Below are positions 54,927-64,000 of a DNA stretch of 64,000 bases, one piece after another. The stretch is from NCBI GenBank assembly GCA_028286725.1, contig JAQBQZ010000012.1, positions 5,562-69,561 on the forward strand. Direction: 5' to 3'. Below the pieces are notes generated by a model. It saw nothing but the letters and a program-made list of their open reading frames with translations. It did no database searches and had not been told where the DNA came from. Within the stretch, counting starts at the first letter, position 1; the number at the start of each line of letters is the position of its first letter. The translations under genes and the position numbers were made by a program. The stretch is from Candidatus Tayloriibacteriota bacterium (lineage in GTDB: Bacteria; Patescibacteriota; Minisyncoccia; Phycocordibacterales; CAIRYW01).

Positions 54927-55217
54927 ATGTCACTTCAATTTGAAGATCAGAATAATCTCCTTGTGCGAAGAAATACGTATCAACAAAACTATGGCCCAAT
55001 AGTGGCTCTTCTACTCAGATTTCATATAGCAAAAACCGAAAAAACAGCCAACAAGATACTATTCATCGTGTCTATTCTTGTATTTATTTGTGCAGCAACG
55101 CTTATTGTAAGAAACGTTATAAAAGCCAACACCCCTGTAAAAGTTAAATACAATCTCTCAAAAGAAGGATTTAATAAACTTCCCCAAAATGTGCAGGTTA
55201 AAATTTTGACACAATAA
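54927..55217 (+). CDS. small hypothetical single-TM protein, translationally coupled to the Cys-rich pilin-like gene
   Basis: 96 aa with TM ILFIVSILVFICAATLIV. Stop at 55217, 2 nt before the pilin-like ATG. Confidence 0.4.
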   Translation: MSLQFEDQNNLLVRRNTYQQNYGPIVALLLRFHIAKTEKTANKILFIVSILVFICAATLIVRNVIKANTPVKVKYNLSKEGFNKLPQNVQVKILTQ

Positions 55218-55219
55218 AA

Positions 55220-57235
55220 ATGCGAAATATATTCAGAAAGCAAAATAGCGGGCGAAATTACTCTGCCGGTTTTACACTGATCGAACTCATGGTTGTCGTG
55301 GCCATTGTTTCACTTCTTGCGAGTGTAATCGTAGGTCTCGTTTCTTCTTCTCGAGCAAAAGCCAAAGATGCAAATATTGCCACAGAAATTCACCTCATAC
55401 AGCTCGCCCTTGAGGAATACAATACGGGCCATGGAGGATTTCCAAATCCTCAAGGCGGTGACCAATCATCTGACAATATGTACTGTATTGGTTCGACTGA
55501 CTGCATATATAATGGCTATTTAGTAAGTACGCAACTTAAAGGTACAGATATTGCGTTCAATAAGATAAACTCAAACCTTCTTGCATCAAGCTTCCCAGTC
55601 TTTACAAGCGAGCAGATCGCAACACTCGATAACGACAACAAAGGATACATATATGTTGCTTGCGGTGGATCAAATCCTACTTGCCCGAACGATCAGGCAA
55701 TACTTATGTATCCAAAAATTCAAGCCGGTTCTTTTTCTGTCATAAATGTAGGAACCTTTAATGAATCAAGCTGTGAGATCGCTCAATGCCAGGAAAATTA
55801 TGGACACAATTGCGGAAACGGATCGCAAGAGTGCTCAGTTTTTTCAAATACAGAAGGCTCATGTAACTACGATGTAAATGGAAGTGGTGGATCAAGTGGC
55901 ACTTGTACTTGCGGAGGCAACAATTCTGATTGTTCAATGTTTTGTGGCGATAGTTCAAGCAATGACGGCTGTAGCTACGATCCAAATGGAACAGGATCTT
56001 GTAGTTGTAACACCCTTCAATACAGCGAGAGTAGCTACCCTTATTGCTCAAGCGACAGTAACACTGGTAATTATAGTTATGATAGCGGTAATAGTGGATG
56101 GTGCAGCGGAAGTGGTTATAGCTACTATGGATCAGGCACACCTTCTAACTACCCTTACTATAACGGCACAGGTAGCTGTATCTCTGTAAATGTTTCTTCA
56201 TCGTACGGCAATGGCCAAAGTGGAAGCTATTGTAATATGCCGTATGATCCAGGATATCAAGAGAGTTCATATCCTTGGTTTACAAGCGACAGTACAGCGG
56301 GATCCTATGGATATTCTTCTGGAAACGGTTGGTCTGGATATGGATATTACGGAACATCTTATCCAAGTGGTTACCCTTACGCAGGAGGGTCTGGAAGCTG
56401 TATCTACATATCAGTATCTAGTTCATATGGTGGAGGCTACTATACAAACTATTACTGCAACTCTCAAAACATAGTGTATGGATGTACCGATTCAGGTGCA
56501 TGCAACTATGACCCAAATGCCAATTCAAATTCAGGATGTGATTACTCTTGCCACGATACAACGGTATATGGATGCACAGATGGTTCAGCTTGCAACTACA
56601 ATTCGAGTGCGAATAGTAATGATGGAAGCTGTGAATACATGAGTTGTCACACTGTGTATGGATGTACGAGCGGTTCAGCTTGCAACTACAATTCGAGTGC
56701 AACAAATGATGACGGAAGTTGCGAATACACGAGCTGCATGACAACTTATGGATGTACTGATAGCACAGCTTGTAACTACAACTCAAGTGCGAACTATAGC
56801 GACGGAAGCTGTGACTATTCAAGCTGTCATTCATACTCCTGCCAAGGAACTCCATCTTGTGGTTATGGTGACTCATATTCATGTCAAAACTACAATAACT
56901 ACAGCGGCAGTAACTGTTCTTGGAGCAGCAACGGCGGGTCATGTTCAGGAACATATTACACATCAGGAGATTGTAGTGCATTCAATAATGACTACTGGGC
57001 TTGTAGCAACAATGGATGTAATACAAATTACGATGATAATAGCAACTTCTATTGTTCTGGTATGTATAACACCGGAAACGATTGCTCATCACTTGATTCA
57101 GGAAGCTGTGGATCATACTCTGGCTGTTCATGGAACGACTACGGAGGTTCTTGTAACGTATCTCGAAACTGTAGCGACAACACCGATTCAAACAGTTGTG
57201 GAAACACATCAGGATGTACTTGGACATACTCTTAA
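55220..57235 (+). CDS. giant type IV pilin-like protein: canonical prepilin N-terminus plus pilin globular domain, then a ~500-aa Cys/Gly/Ser/Tyr/Asn-rich repetitive extension
   Basis: MRNIFRKQNSGRNYSAGFTLIELMVVVAIVSLLASVIVGLVSSSRAKAKD (G|FTLIE, Glu+5), pilin-like domain ending YVACGGSNPTCPND, then two ~75-aa repeats and four ~30-aa tandem repeats YGCTD(S/G)xACNY(D/N)xxANxxxGSC(D/E)YxSC. About 70 Cys, 671 aa. Confidence 0.7.
   Translation: MRNIFRKQNSGRNYSAGFTLIELMVVVAIVSLLASVIVGLVSSSRAKAKDANIATEIHLIQLALEEYNTGHGGFPNPQGGDQSSDNMYCIGSTDCIYNGYLVSTQLKGTDIAFNKINSNLLASSFPVFTSEQIATLDNDNKGYIYVACGGSNPTCPNDQAILMYPKIQAGSFSVINVGTFNESSCEIAQCQENYGHNCGNGSQECSVFSNTEGSCNYDVNGSGGSSGTCTCGGNNSDCSMFCGDSSSNDGCSYDPNGTGSCSCNTLQYSESSYPYCSSDSNTGNYSYDSGNSGWCSGSGYSYYGSGTPSNYPYYNGTGSCISVNVSSSYGNGQSGSYCNMPYDPGYQESSYPWFTSDSTAGSYGYSSGNGWSGYGYYGTSYPSGYPYAGGSGSCIYISVSSSYGGGYYTNYYCNSQNIVYGCTDSGACNYDPNANSNSGCDYSCHDTTVYGCTDGSACNYNSSANSNDGSCEYMSCHTVYGCTSGSACNYNSSATNDDGSCEYTSCMTTYGCTDSTACNYNSSANYSDGSCDYSSCHSYSCQGTPSCGYGDSYSCQNYNNYSGSNCSWSSNGGSCSGTYYTSGDCSAFNNDYWACSNNGCNTNYDDNSNFYCSGMYNTGNDCSSLDSGSCGSYSGCSWNDYGGSCNVSRNCSDNTDSNSCGNTSGCTWTYS
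56474..56832 (+). repeat. four ~90-nt tandem repeats inside the pilin-like gene
   Basis: Units start near 56474, 56563, 56652 and 56743. ggttcagcttgcaactacaattcgagtgc is identical at 56582 and 56671. Confidence 0.75.
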
Positions 57236-57249
57236 AATAGGTAAAATAA

Positions 57250-57286
57250 AAAAACCCTTGGACCACACGGTCCAAGGGGTTTTTTA
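57250..57286. terminator. bidirectional terminator between the pilin-like gene (+) and ftsW (-)
   Basis: aaaaacccttggacc-acac-ggtccaaggggttttt. Confidence 0.65.
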
Positions 57287-57297
57287 TTTTAAGTTTA

Positions 57298-58428
57298 TTA
57301 CATCCCCAAGAATTCATTCTTGATTAAGTCTCTGTGTGCCTCTCTCCTATAGCGACGCATCCCCATGATCATACCAAGTGCGGTGAAAGAGATAAGTAAA
57401 TGTGATCCACCATAGCTCACAAAAGGAAGTGGGATCCCTGTCACAGGCATCACTCCCATATTCATCCCTACATTGATAATAAAGTGTCCAATGAACATGA
57501 TAGCAACCCCTGAAGCAAAAAGAATCTCAAAGTTAGTTTCCCCTTTCTGCGCATTATCCATAATACGAAATATCAAAAGTCCGAATGATCCAATAAGGAA
57601 AAGGACACCAATAAATCCCCACTCTTCAGAGAATGCGGCGAAGATAAAGTCTGTCTCGTATTCAGGAAGAAAATTAAGTCTTGATTGTGTTCCATATCCG
57701 ATCCCCTTGCCGAGTACCCCGCCTGATCCCACTGCGATTGTTGATTGATACGAGTTATATCCTGCGCCACGGACATCAGCAAGCGGATTTAAGAATGTTT
57801 TGATACGATTCTTTTGATAATCCTTAAACACATAAGCCCAAAGCCCTGCAAATGTGACAGCACCAATAAGTACAACTGTAAAAAGATGTTTCTTTGAGAT
57901 GCCTGCCAGAAGGATCATTCCAAACCAAATAAAAAAGAGGATGATCCCGAGTCCCAAGTCAGGCTGCAGCATCACCAACAAAAAAAGCCCAAATGCATAA
58001 AGGCCCGAAACCAGAATATGCTTCACGTTCCCTATCTCAACATGTCTCTTTGAAAAATATTTTGAGAGCACGAGAATAAGTGCGAGCTTCGCGAAGTCTG
58101 CTGGCTGAAAAGAAAAGAACCCAAAATCGATCCAGCTTTTAGCCCCCTTGATAGTTCGTCCTACAAGAAGTACAAGTACAAGGAATGCGACCGCAGTCAT
58201 ATAAAATGCGACCACAGGAGTCGTCTTTCGAAAGAATCTAAAATCAATAAAGCTCAAAGCGAAGAAAATAATAAACGATACGATCACCCAAACAACCTGC
58301 TTCGAGAATACATTGGTCTCTCCGGTAAATGAATACATAGTTACAAGCCCTCCCGTAACAAGAGGAATAAGAGAGCCCACCAATATCCAATCCATCGAAT
58401 GGAATGCTTTTGAGATTTTTTGAACCAC
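57298..58428 (-). CDS. ftsW: SEDS-family peptidoglycan glycosyltransferase (FtsW/RodA)
   Basis: 10-TM protein with the conserved periplasmic loop NSYQSTIAVGSGGVLGKG...SRLNFLPE..TDFIFA, 376 aa. Confidence 0.8.
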   Translation of the reverse strand: MVQKISKAFHSMDWILVGSLIPLVTGGLVTMYSFTGETNVFSKQVVWVIVSFIIFFALSFIDFRFFRKTTPVVAFYMTAVAFLVLVLLVGRTIKGAKSWIDFGFFSFQPADFAKLALILVLSKYFSKRHVEIGNVKHILVSGLYAFGLFLLVMLQPDLGLGIILFFIWFGMILLAGISKKHLFTVVLIGAVTFAGLWAYVFKDYQKNRIKTFLNPLADVRGAGYNSYQSTIAVGSGGVLGKGIGYGTQSRLNFLPEYETDFIFAAFSEEWGFIGVLFLIGSFGLLIFRIMDNAQKGETNFEILFASGVAIMFIGHFIINVGMNMGVMPVTGIPLPFVSYGGSHLLISFTALGMIMGMRRYRREAHRDLIKNEFLGM

Positions 58429-58440
58429 GTTTTTTATTTA

Positions 58441-59253
58441 TTATTGCCAGTTTCTCGGTATCGGTCTTGGAATTACATCAATCTTTGAAACATCAAAATC
58501 AAATTTATAGTTCCAAGTGAACGTCACATTTGTTTTGTCGCTTGGTGAAATGTAGTCAATGATAGTTGCTGACGATTCGTGAGCGTTTCCATCTTTGTCG
58601 TATACAACCGCAATCACTTCCATATTTTTCATTGCGTACACTTCGTCGTTTTCAATATCTGCAGTGATTCGAGATCTTGTATCAACAACTTCATTATTAA
58701 CATTTGTAACCTTGATATTAGGATCAATGAATTGCCCTTTCTGCCACACAATAGCATCACTATTTATTTCAAACGTTATCTTTGAAGCTTCTCTATTTCC
58801 TGTAAGAATTGAATGCTCAAATATTGGGAATACTCTTCCTGGCGGTACAAATGTTTGACCAGGAACTTCAAAAAGCAAAATATTCTTTTCATCATACACT
58901 TTGAATATATATTGCATATTTGTTGAGAAGACATTTTGGTTTGGATTCTCGACGAGCGCAAGCGCACTATAGGCCCCTGGACCCGCTTTGAAAAGACGAC
59001 TGTAGACAGTGATCGGCGGTCGAGATTCAAGAGGACAAACGAGCGCACATATTCCTCCACAGTCTACCCCCATCTCATCCTGATTTTGAACATTATCAAA
59101 ACAACTCGGAGCCTTATTTAAAAATTTAGTATATACAAAAATTCCAAGCGCAATAAAGATTACTGCCCAAATAGTTCCTAGTATTTTGAATTTTCGTCGT
59201 GATCCCCAGTTCATGTTTAAAGTGTTATTTATATAGATGTAGTATAACATCAA
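58441..59253 (-). CDS. hypothetical membrane-anchored secreted protein
   Basis: N-terminal TM ILGTIWAVIFIALGIFVY, Cys cluster CFDNVQNQDEMGVDCGGICALVCP, 270 aa. Confidence 0.4.
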   Translation of the reverse strand: MMLYYIYINNTLNMNWGSRRKFKILGTIWAVIFIALGIFVYTKFLNKAPSCFDNVQNQDEMGVDCGGICALVCPLESRPPITVYSRLFKAGPGAYSALALVENPNQNVFSTNMQYIFKVYDEKNILLFEVPGQTFVPPGRVFPIFEHSILTGNREASKITFEINSDAIVWQKGQFIDPNIKVTNVNNEVVDTRSRITADIENDEVYAMKNMEVIAVVYDKDGNAHESSATIIDYISPSDKTNVTFTWNYKFDFDVSKIDVIPRPIPRNWQ

Positions 59254-59541
59254 GGAAGATAAAGAAAAAACACCCTTAATCTAAAATGATCTCGGCGATT
59301 ACCTACCCTATTGTCTGTTCGCAAGCCTGTCTGCCGACAGGCAGGCTCACAACGACAATTTGCTCCGCAACCGGAGAAAATACGAGCGATTACCTACTTT
59401 CTCCCTACGGGAGCAGTATACCTTTTGGATAAAATTTTCTTAAAATCAATTTTATCTCAAAAGCTTCTAATGTTGGGTCCCAACCCAACATTAGCCTCCA
59501 TAGAAGCTCAGTAATACAGAAAAAGGCAATCGAACAGATAG

Positions 59542-59605
59542 CAAAGTTTTTAATATACAAAAAAAGCGCCCATTGGGCGCTTTTTTTTGTATATTAAAAA
59601 CTTTG
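59542..59605. terminator. 64-bp perfect palindrome at the 3' end of the rRNA operon
   Basis: caaagtttttaatatacaaaaaaagcgccc-att-gggcgctttttttgtatattaaaaactttg. Confidence 0.7.
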
Positions 59606-59606
59606 T

Positions 59607-59712
59607 GCTGGCGATTACCTACTTTCCCCTCCATAGAGTATCATCGGTACTACGAGGCTTAACTTCTGAGTTCGGAATGAGATCAGGTGTGGCCCTCGCG
59701 TCAAATCACCAA
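59607..59712 (-). rRNA. rrf: 5S rRNA
   Basis: Reverse complement contains CCGAACTCAGAAGTTAAGCCTCGTAGTACCGATG. The terminal helix GGTGATT/AATCGCC pairs. Confidence 0.75.
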
Positions 59713-60145
59713 CACAAAATTTTCAATTTTGTTTGTTAACTTCATTTATTCAAAAGCAAGAGATCTTTCAATCTCACGAAGCAGAAACAATTTAAACATA
59801 AAATTGTATCTCTTAATCAATAGAATCTTTAAATTCTATTTGATTTTCACATTTCCTAATAGGAATCGAACATTAGTACACCTCGACTTAAACGATTACT
59901 CGCCTTACATCTAGTGCCTATCAACGTGATCATCTCTCACGAGTCTCAAACGATTCCTAATCTTAAGGTTGGCTTCGCTCTTAGATGCTTTCAGAGCTTA
60001 TCCAATCCCGACATAGCTACGGAGCGGTGCCACTGGCGTGACAGCTCCCAGACCAGAGGTCAGTTCATCCCGGTCCTCTCGTACTAGGGACAAATCCTTT
60101 CAAGAATCAACGCCTGCAGTAGATAGGAGACCAACCTGTCTCACG

Positions 60146-60565
60146 CTTATGTTCACAAATTTTACTTTGTTACGACTCAAATTACTTTGAGGTTCGGACT
60201 ATATCTTCATCTTTCCTTGCGGATTCAGATGGCTTACTTGTAGTCTCTACGAGCCTCCATACATTTAAATATTTAAACTTTTAAATATAAGGTGTTCTCT
60301 CGGTATTGTCCTCAACATCACTTGTAGGATTTCACCGATATTAGTAAGCGAGTTTATATATGTTTCCATATACAACCGCCGTGATTCATTTTACATAATA
60401 AATATGTATCTTTGGTTCCAACAAATTAATCTATACTCTAGAATTAATTTTTTTTGTATCTCTATAATTTTCTTTTTCAATATAACAGTCTAAGTTCATT
60501 TGTATGTACTTATATTTTTGTCTCGTGGGATTCAGACTGTCCAAAAGATGATAATCATCTCCTAG
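60146..60565 (-). other. group I intron in 23S rRNA at the I-CreI homing site (E. coli ~2593), ORF-less
   Basis: 23S exons read ..GGGTTCAGACCGT | CGTGAGACAGG.. with 420 AT-rich nt between. 5' exon ends in U, insert ends in G, P7-like GAGACUA...UAUAGUCC pairing flanks a GCAA-loop hairpin. Confidence 0.7.
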
Positions 60566-61230
60566 ACGGTCTGAACCCAGCTCGCGTATCTTTTTAATTG
60601 GCGAACAGCCAAACCCTTGGGACCTTCTCCAGCCCCAGGATAAGATGAGCCGACATCGAGGTGCCGAACTCCGCCGTCGATATGGACTCTTAGGCGGAAC
60701 TAGCCTGTTATCCCCAGAGTAGCTTTTGTCCGATAATCTCCCACCGCATCTAATGCGAATGGTCGGTTCACTATGTTCTGCTTTCGCATCTGCTCGACAT
60801 GTTCGTCTTGCAGTCAAGCCAGCTTATGCCATTGCACTATCGGCACGGTTTCCATTCGCGCCTAGCTGACCTTAATAAACTCCTCCGTTACTTTTTGGGA
60901 GGATAGCGCCCCACTAAAACTGCCCATCAGATACTGTCTCTCGTGGTTTTTGCCCACGAGGTTAGAGAATACACTGTCACAGATGGCTATTTCACTTTCG
61001 AGTAGAGTACAACCGAAATCGTACACATCAAACCTCTCGCCACTATTCTACGCAGTAAAAACGTACCCTCAATATCAAATTGCAGTAAAGCTTCTGGGGT
61101 CTTTTCGTCTAACTGCAGGTAACCGGCATCTTCACCGGTACTGTATTTTCACCGAGCAAGTCCTCGAGACAGTTCCCCAGTCATTACACCATTCGTGCGC
61201 GTCTGAACTTACCAGACAAGGAATTTCGCT

Positions 61231-61435
61231 CAACTATTCCTCTAAGTTGGACTCTAACTTTATCCTTTCTTACTTTCGTAAGAAGTGGGACATATGGCGT
61301 TGGTACGCTTGTTAACCATCATTGGACTAATTATATGTATTACTACAATATAGGTAGCTTTTTTTGTGTAATCTAACTGTTTTCATTCATTCAACTTGTT
61401 TACTTTTTTCTACAACAGTCCCAGTCCTTGCACCA
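61231..61435 (-). other. ~205-nt intron-like insertion in 23S rRNA at E. coli position ~1931 (candidate minimal group I intron or IVS)
   Basis: Exons read ..GGTCCTAAGGT | AGCGAAATTCC.. (contiguous in E. coli). 5' exon ends in U and the insert ends in G. Confidence 0.55.
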
Positions 61436-61455
61436 CTCAATAAATGAGTAGCACA

Positions 61456-61490
<35 letters not shown>

Positions 61491-62903
61491 CAGGGCTTAT
61501 AACAGTCAGCTTGATATAATCGCACCGCCGTTATTTGACCTTCTGGCATTGGTCAGGTGTCACCCCCTATACATCCTCTTACGAGTTCGCAGGGAGCTGT
61601 GTTTTTGGTAAACAGTTGCCAGGGATACTTTAGCTGCGGCCTCCTAAATAAATAGGAGGCAAGCCTTATTCCGAAGTTACGGCTGCTTTTTTGCCGAGTT
61701 CCTTGAGGACATCTCACTCGTTCGTCTTGGTCTACTCGACCTGATCACCTGTGTCGGTTTGCGGTACGGATTGCTTATGGTTATGCTTAGAAATTTTTCT
61801 CGGAAGCGTGCTTTATAGACTTCACTGTATTGCTACAGCTTACATTACAATCTTGGAATTTGCTTTAAACACAGGGCGGATTTTCCTACCCTGATTCCTT
61901 AAAATAAACACGACAATCCAATAAGTCGCTCTATATACTACCCTTCGTCCTTCCATCGCACCATAAGCAAGTTACGGAATATTAACCGTATGTCCATCGA
62001 GTTCGACTTTCGTCATCCCCTTAGGACCGACTAACCCTTGGCTGATCTTCATCGCCAAGGAAACCTTGATCTTTCGACGTGAAGGTATCTCACCTTCATT
62101 GTGGTTACTTGTGCCAACATTCTTACTTCGTAACGCTCCAGCATGGCTCACGCCTTTGCCTTCACAGCAGATACGAATACTCTCCTACCGCTCCATTTTT
62201 CCGGAGAAAAATAAAGCCCTCAATTTCGGTACAATGCTTAGCCCCGATTATCTTTGGCGCAGAATCTCTAAGTGAGTGAGCTGTTACGCTATCTTTAAAG
62301 GATGGCTGCTTCTAAGCCAACCTCCTCAGTGTCTGAGAAATTCCACCACCTTATGATGCACTTAGCATTAATTTAGGGACCTTAATTTGAGATCTAGGGC
62401 TGTTTCCCTTTTGACCAGTGTAGCTTAGCCCACACGGTCTAACTGCCATACTTTTAATTTCTGGTATTCGGAGTTTGATAGGACCCACGAGATTTCTCCC
62501 TGTTGGGTCCTTCCAGTGCTCTACCCCCAGAAGGAACATATGACGCTAACCCAAAAGCTATTTCGGAGAGAACCAGCTATTACCAGGCTCGATTAGCTTT
62601 TCACTTCTTACCACAAGTCATCCGAATGCGTTGAACGACATAACGGTTCGGGCCTCCCTTTTGATTTCTCAAAAGTTCACCCTGCTCATGGCAAGCTCGC
62701 TCTGGCTTCGGGTCTAATGTGTACAACTTATTCGCGCTATTAACACTCGGTTTCCCTACGACTCCATCCTCTCGGACTTAGCCATGCTGCACACATTAAC
62801 TCGTTGGCTCATTCTTCAATAGGCACGCCGTGACGGGACAATAAATTGCCCGCTCCGACTCCTTGTAAGCATATGGTTTCAGATCTATTTCACTCCCCTC
62901 AAC

Positions 62904-62949
<46 letters not shown>

Positions 62950-64000
62950 TTGTATAATATTTAGCCTTACCGGTTAGTTCCGGCAGATTCCCCCGAGCCA
63001 TTCGTGTCTCGAGGTACTCAAGAGTAACAATAAAAGATCTTTTGTTTTCGGATACGGGACTATTACCCACTGCGGTTTTGCTTTCCAGCAAATTCTCCTA
63101 ACAAAAAATTTTGTAACTTTTCTGTAATAAATACAATTTGTTATCTTACAACCCCATTCACATCACGCGAAACATGAAATCGAAAAATCGAAATCACACT
63201 CCACGTGATGCAAACGGTTTGGGCTTCTTCGTTTTCGCTCGCCGCTACTAACGAAATACTTATTAGTTTCTATTCCTCTGGGTACTGAAATGTTTTACTT
63301 CCCCAGGTATGCATCTAAGCTTACGCTATAGATAGTCAGTAAACTGACTGAGTTTCCTCATTCGGAGATCGACGGGTCGAAGGTTGCTTGGCACCTCACC
63401 GTCGCTTATCGCAGCTTTACTACGTCCTTCATCGCTTATACAAGCCAAGGCATCCACCATATGCTCTTACTTTCCTATTAGGAAATGTAAAAACCACAAT
63501 TCTATGTTTACTTATTTTTGTTTGCTTGCTTTGAATAAAAATATCTTTCGATATTTTTATTTTGCTTTTGAATTCTGTCTCCGCAAGAAAAGACCTCCAA
63601 TTCATTATTTTCACCGGGCGGTGAAAAAACAAAAAGTGCGGGACAGCATGAAGTTTTCAAATTACACTCGCTCGGTATCAAAAAACCGCTCTAACAAAGC
63701 GGTTCGGACAAGGCCATCACTGGCTTTATCTTTATGCCGCTGTAGTTGGGTGGTTTCTTGTATTCATTAAGTATTGGCATATTATACTCGTATTGGATTA
63801 GAAGTCAAATGATTATTGGGTATCGGATTTTGGGGGCCAAATTGAGCACAAAATAGAGCAAAATGCCCCGAAGCCTACGGCTTCGGGGCATTCCCATTTT
63901 GGTCACTTTTACCTCAAAATCTCAATTAAAAACTATTCAGACAAACCAATTTTGTTGAGTACAACCCTGTGTGAAAAATCAAACACATCTCGAACAAGTT

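Noticed and set aside
55758-57323. Long ORFs on other frames and the opposite strand inside the Cys-rich pilin-like gene (55758..56141, 55878..56189, 56190..56474, 56418..56981, 56748..57323, 56982..57317)
   Set aside because: Stop-codon depletion across all frames is caused by the TGY/TAY/AGY/GGN/AAY-rich repeat composition. Only the frame with the prepilin signal and a coherent repeat structure is taken as coding.
63479-64000. 16S rRNA 3' end or spacer tRNAs upstream of the 23S
   Set aside because: No anti-Shine-Dalgarno or 16S 3' terminal sequence and no tRNA cloverleaf could be recognised. The region is AT-rich leader with hairpins.

Overview
Low-GC, gene-dense bacterial window with a compact Candidate Phyla Radiation (CPR)/Patescibacteria-like organisation; that lineage call is an inference from gene content, not a database hit. 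No 16S rRNA gene is linked to the 23S-5S pair.

Left 12.5 kb is one minus-strand type IV pilus / competence-pilus locus. It holds pilM-pilN-pilO, an orphan membrane protein, pilB, a CheY-like receiver, pilT, pilC, three canonical pilins, the pilD prepilin peptidase and three to four minor pilins. A ComFC-like gene follows.

Middle of the window:
- A MarR regulator, two tandem HlyD-type membrane fusion proteins and a DHA2 MFS pump, forming an emrRAB-like unit.
- Endonuclease V, a VanW-like protein and a ProB-like kinase.
- A 970-aa surface protein with fibronectin type III (FN3)-like repeats and two C-terminal peptidoglycan-binding domains.
- A copper homeostasis cluster: csoR, a small membrane protein, copA, a heavy-metal-associated (HMA)-domain membrane protein and a cupredoxin-like protein. 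It sits next to tRNA-Ser(GCU) and several degenerate tRNA 3'-half fragments, suggesting an integration hot spot.
- A DsbA-like/DsbB pair, recG, a tRNA-Ile with an apparent UAU anticodon, ftsH and an inositol monophosphatase.

Non-coding RNA features near 45.5-47.5 kb:
- A GC-rich ~400-nt non-coding island that may be an unannotated structured RNA.
- A clear tmRNA (ssrA) with a near-consensus promoter.
- A degenerate direct repeat of the tmRNA 3' end about 1.1 kb downstream.

Right part carries secD and secF, a DedA-family membrane protein, a surface-glycan gene set (epimerase/dehydratase, undecaprenyl-phosphate sugar transferase, family 4 (GT4) glycosyltransferase) and ftsW.

The most unusual gene is a 671-aa protein that begins as a canonical type IV prepilin and continues into a ~500-aa Cys/Gly/Ser/Tyr/Asn-rich extension built from tandem repeats. 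It is my candidate for the undescribed system in this window.

The window ends with a 5S rRNA and a 23S rRNA on the minus strand. The 23S is interrupted by a ~420-nt group I intron at the I-CreI site (E. coli position ~2593) and a ~205-nt intron-like insertion at position ~1931.

All calls come from reading the sequence and the supplied ORF translations. No searches or computations were run.
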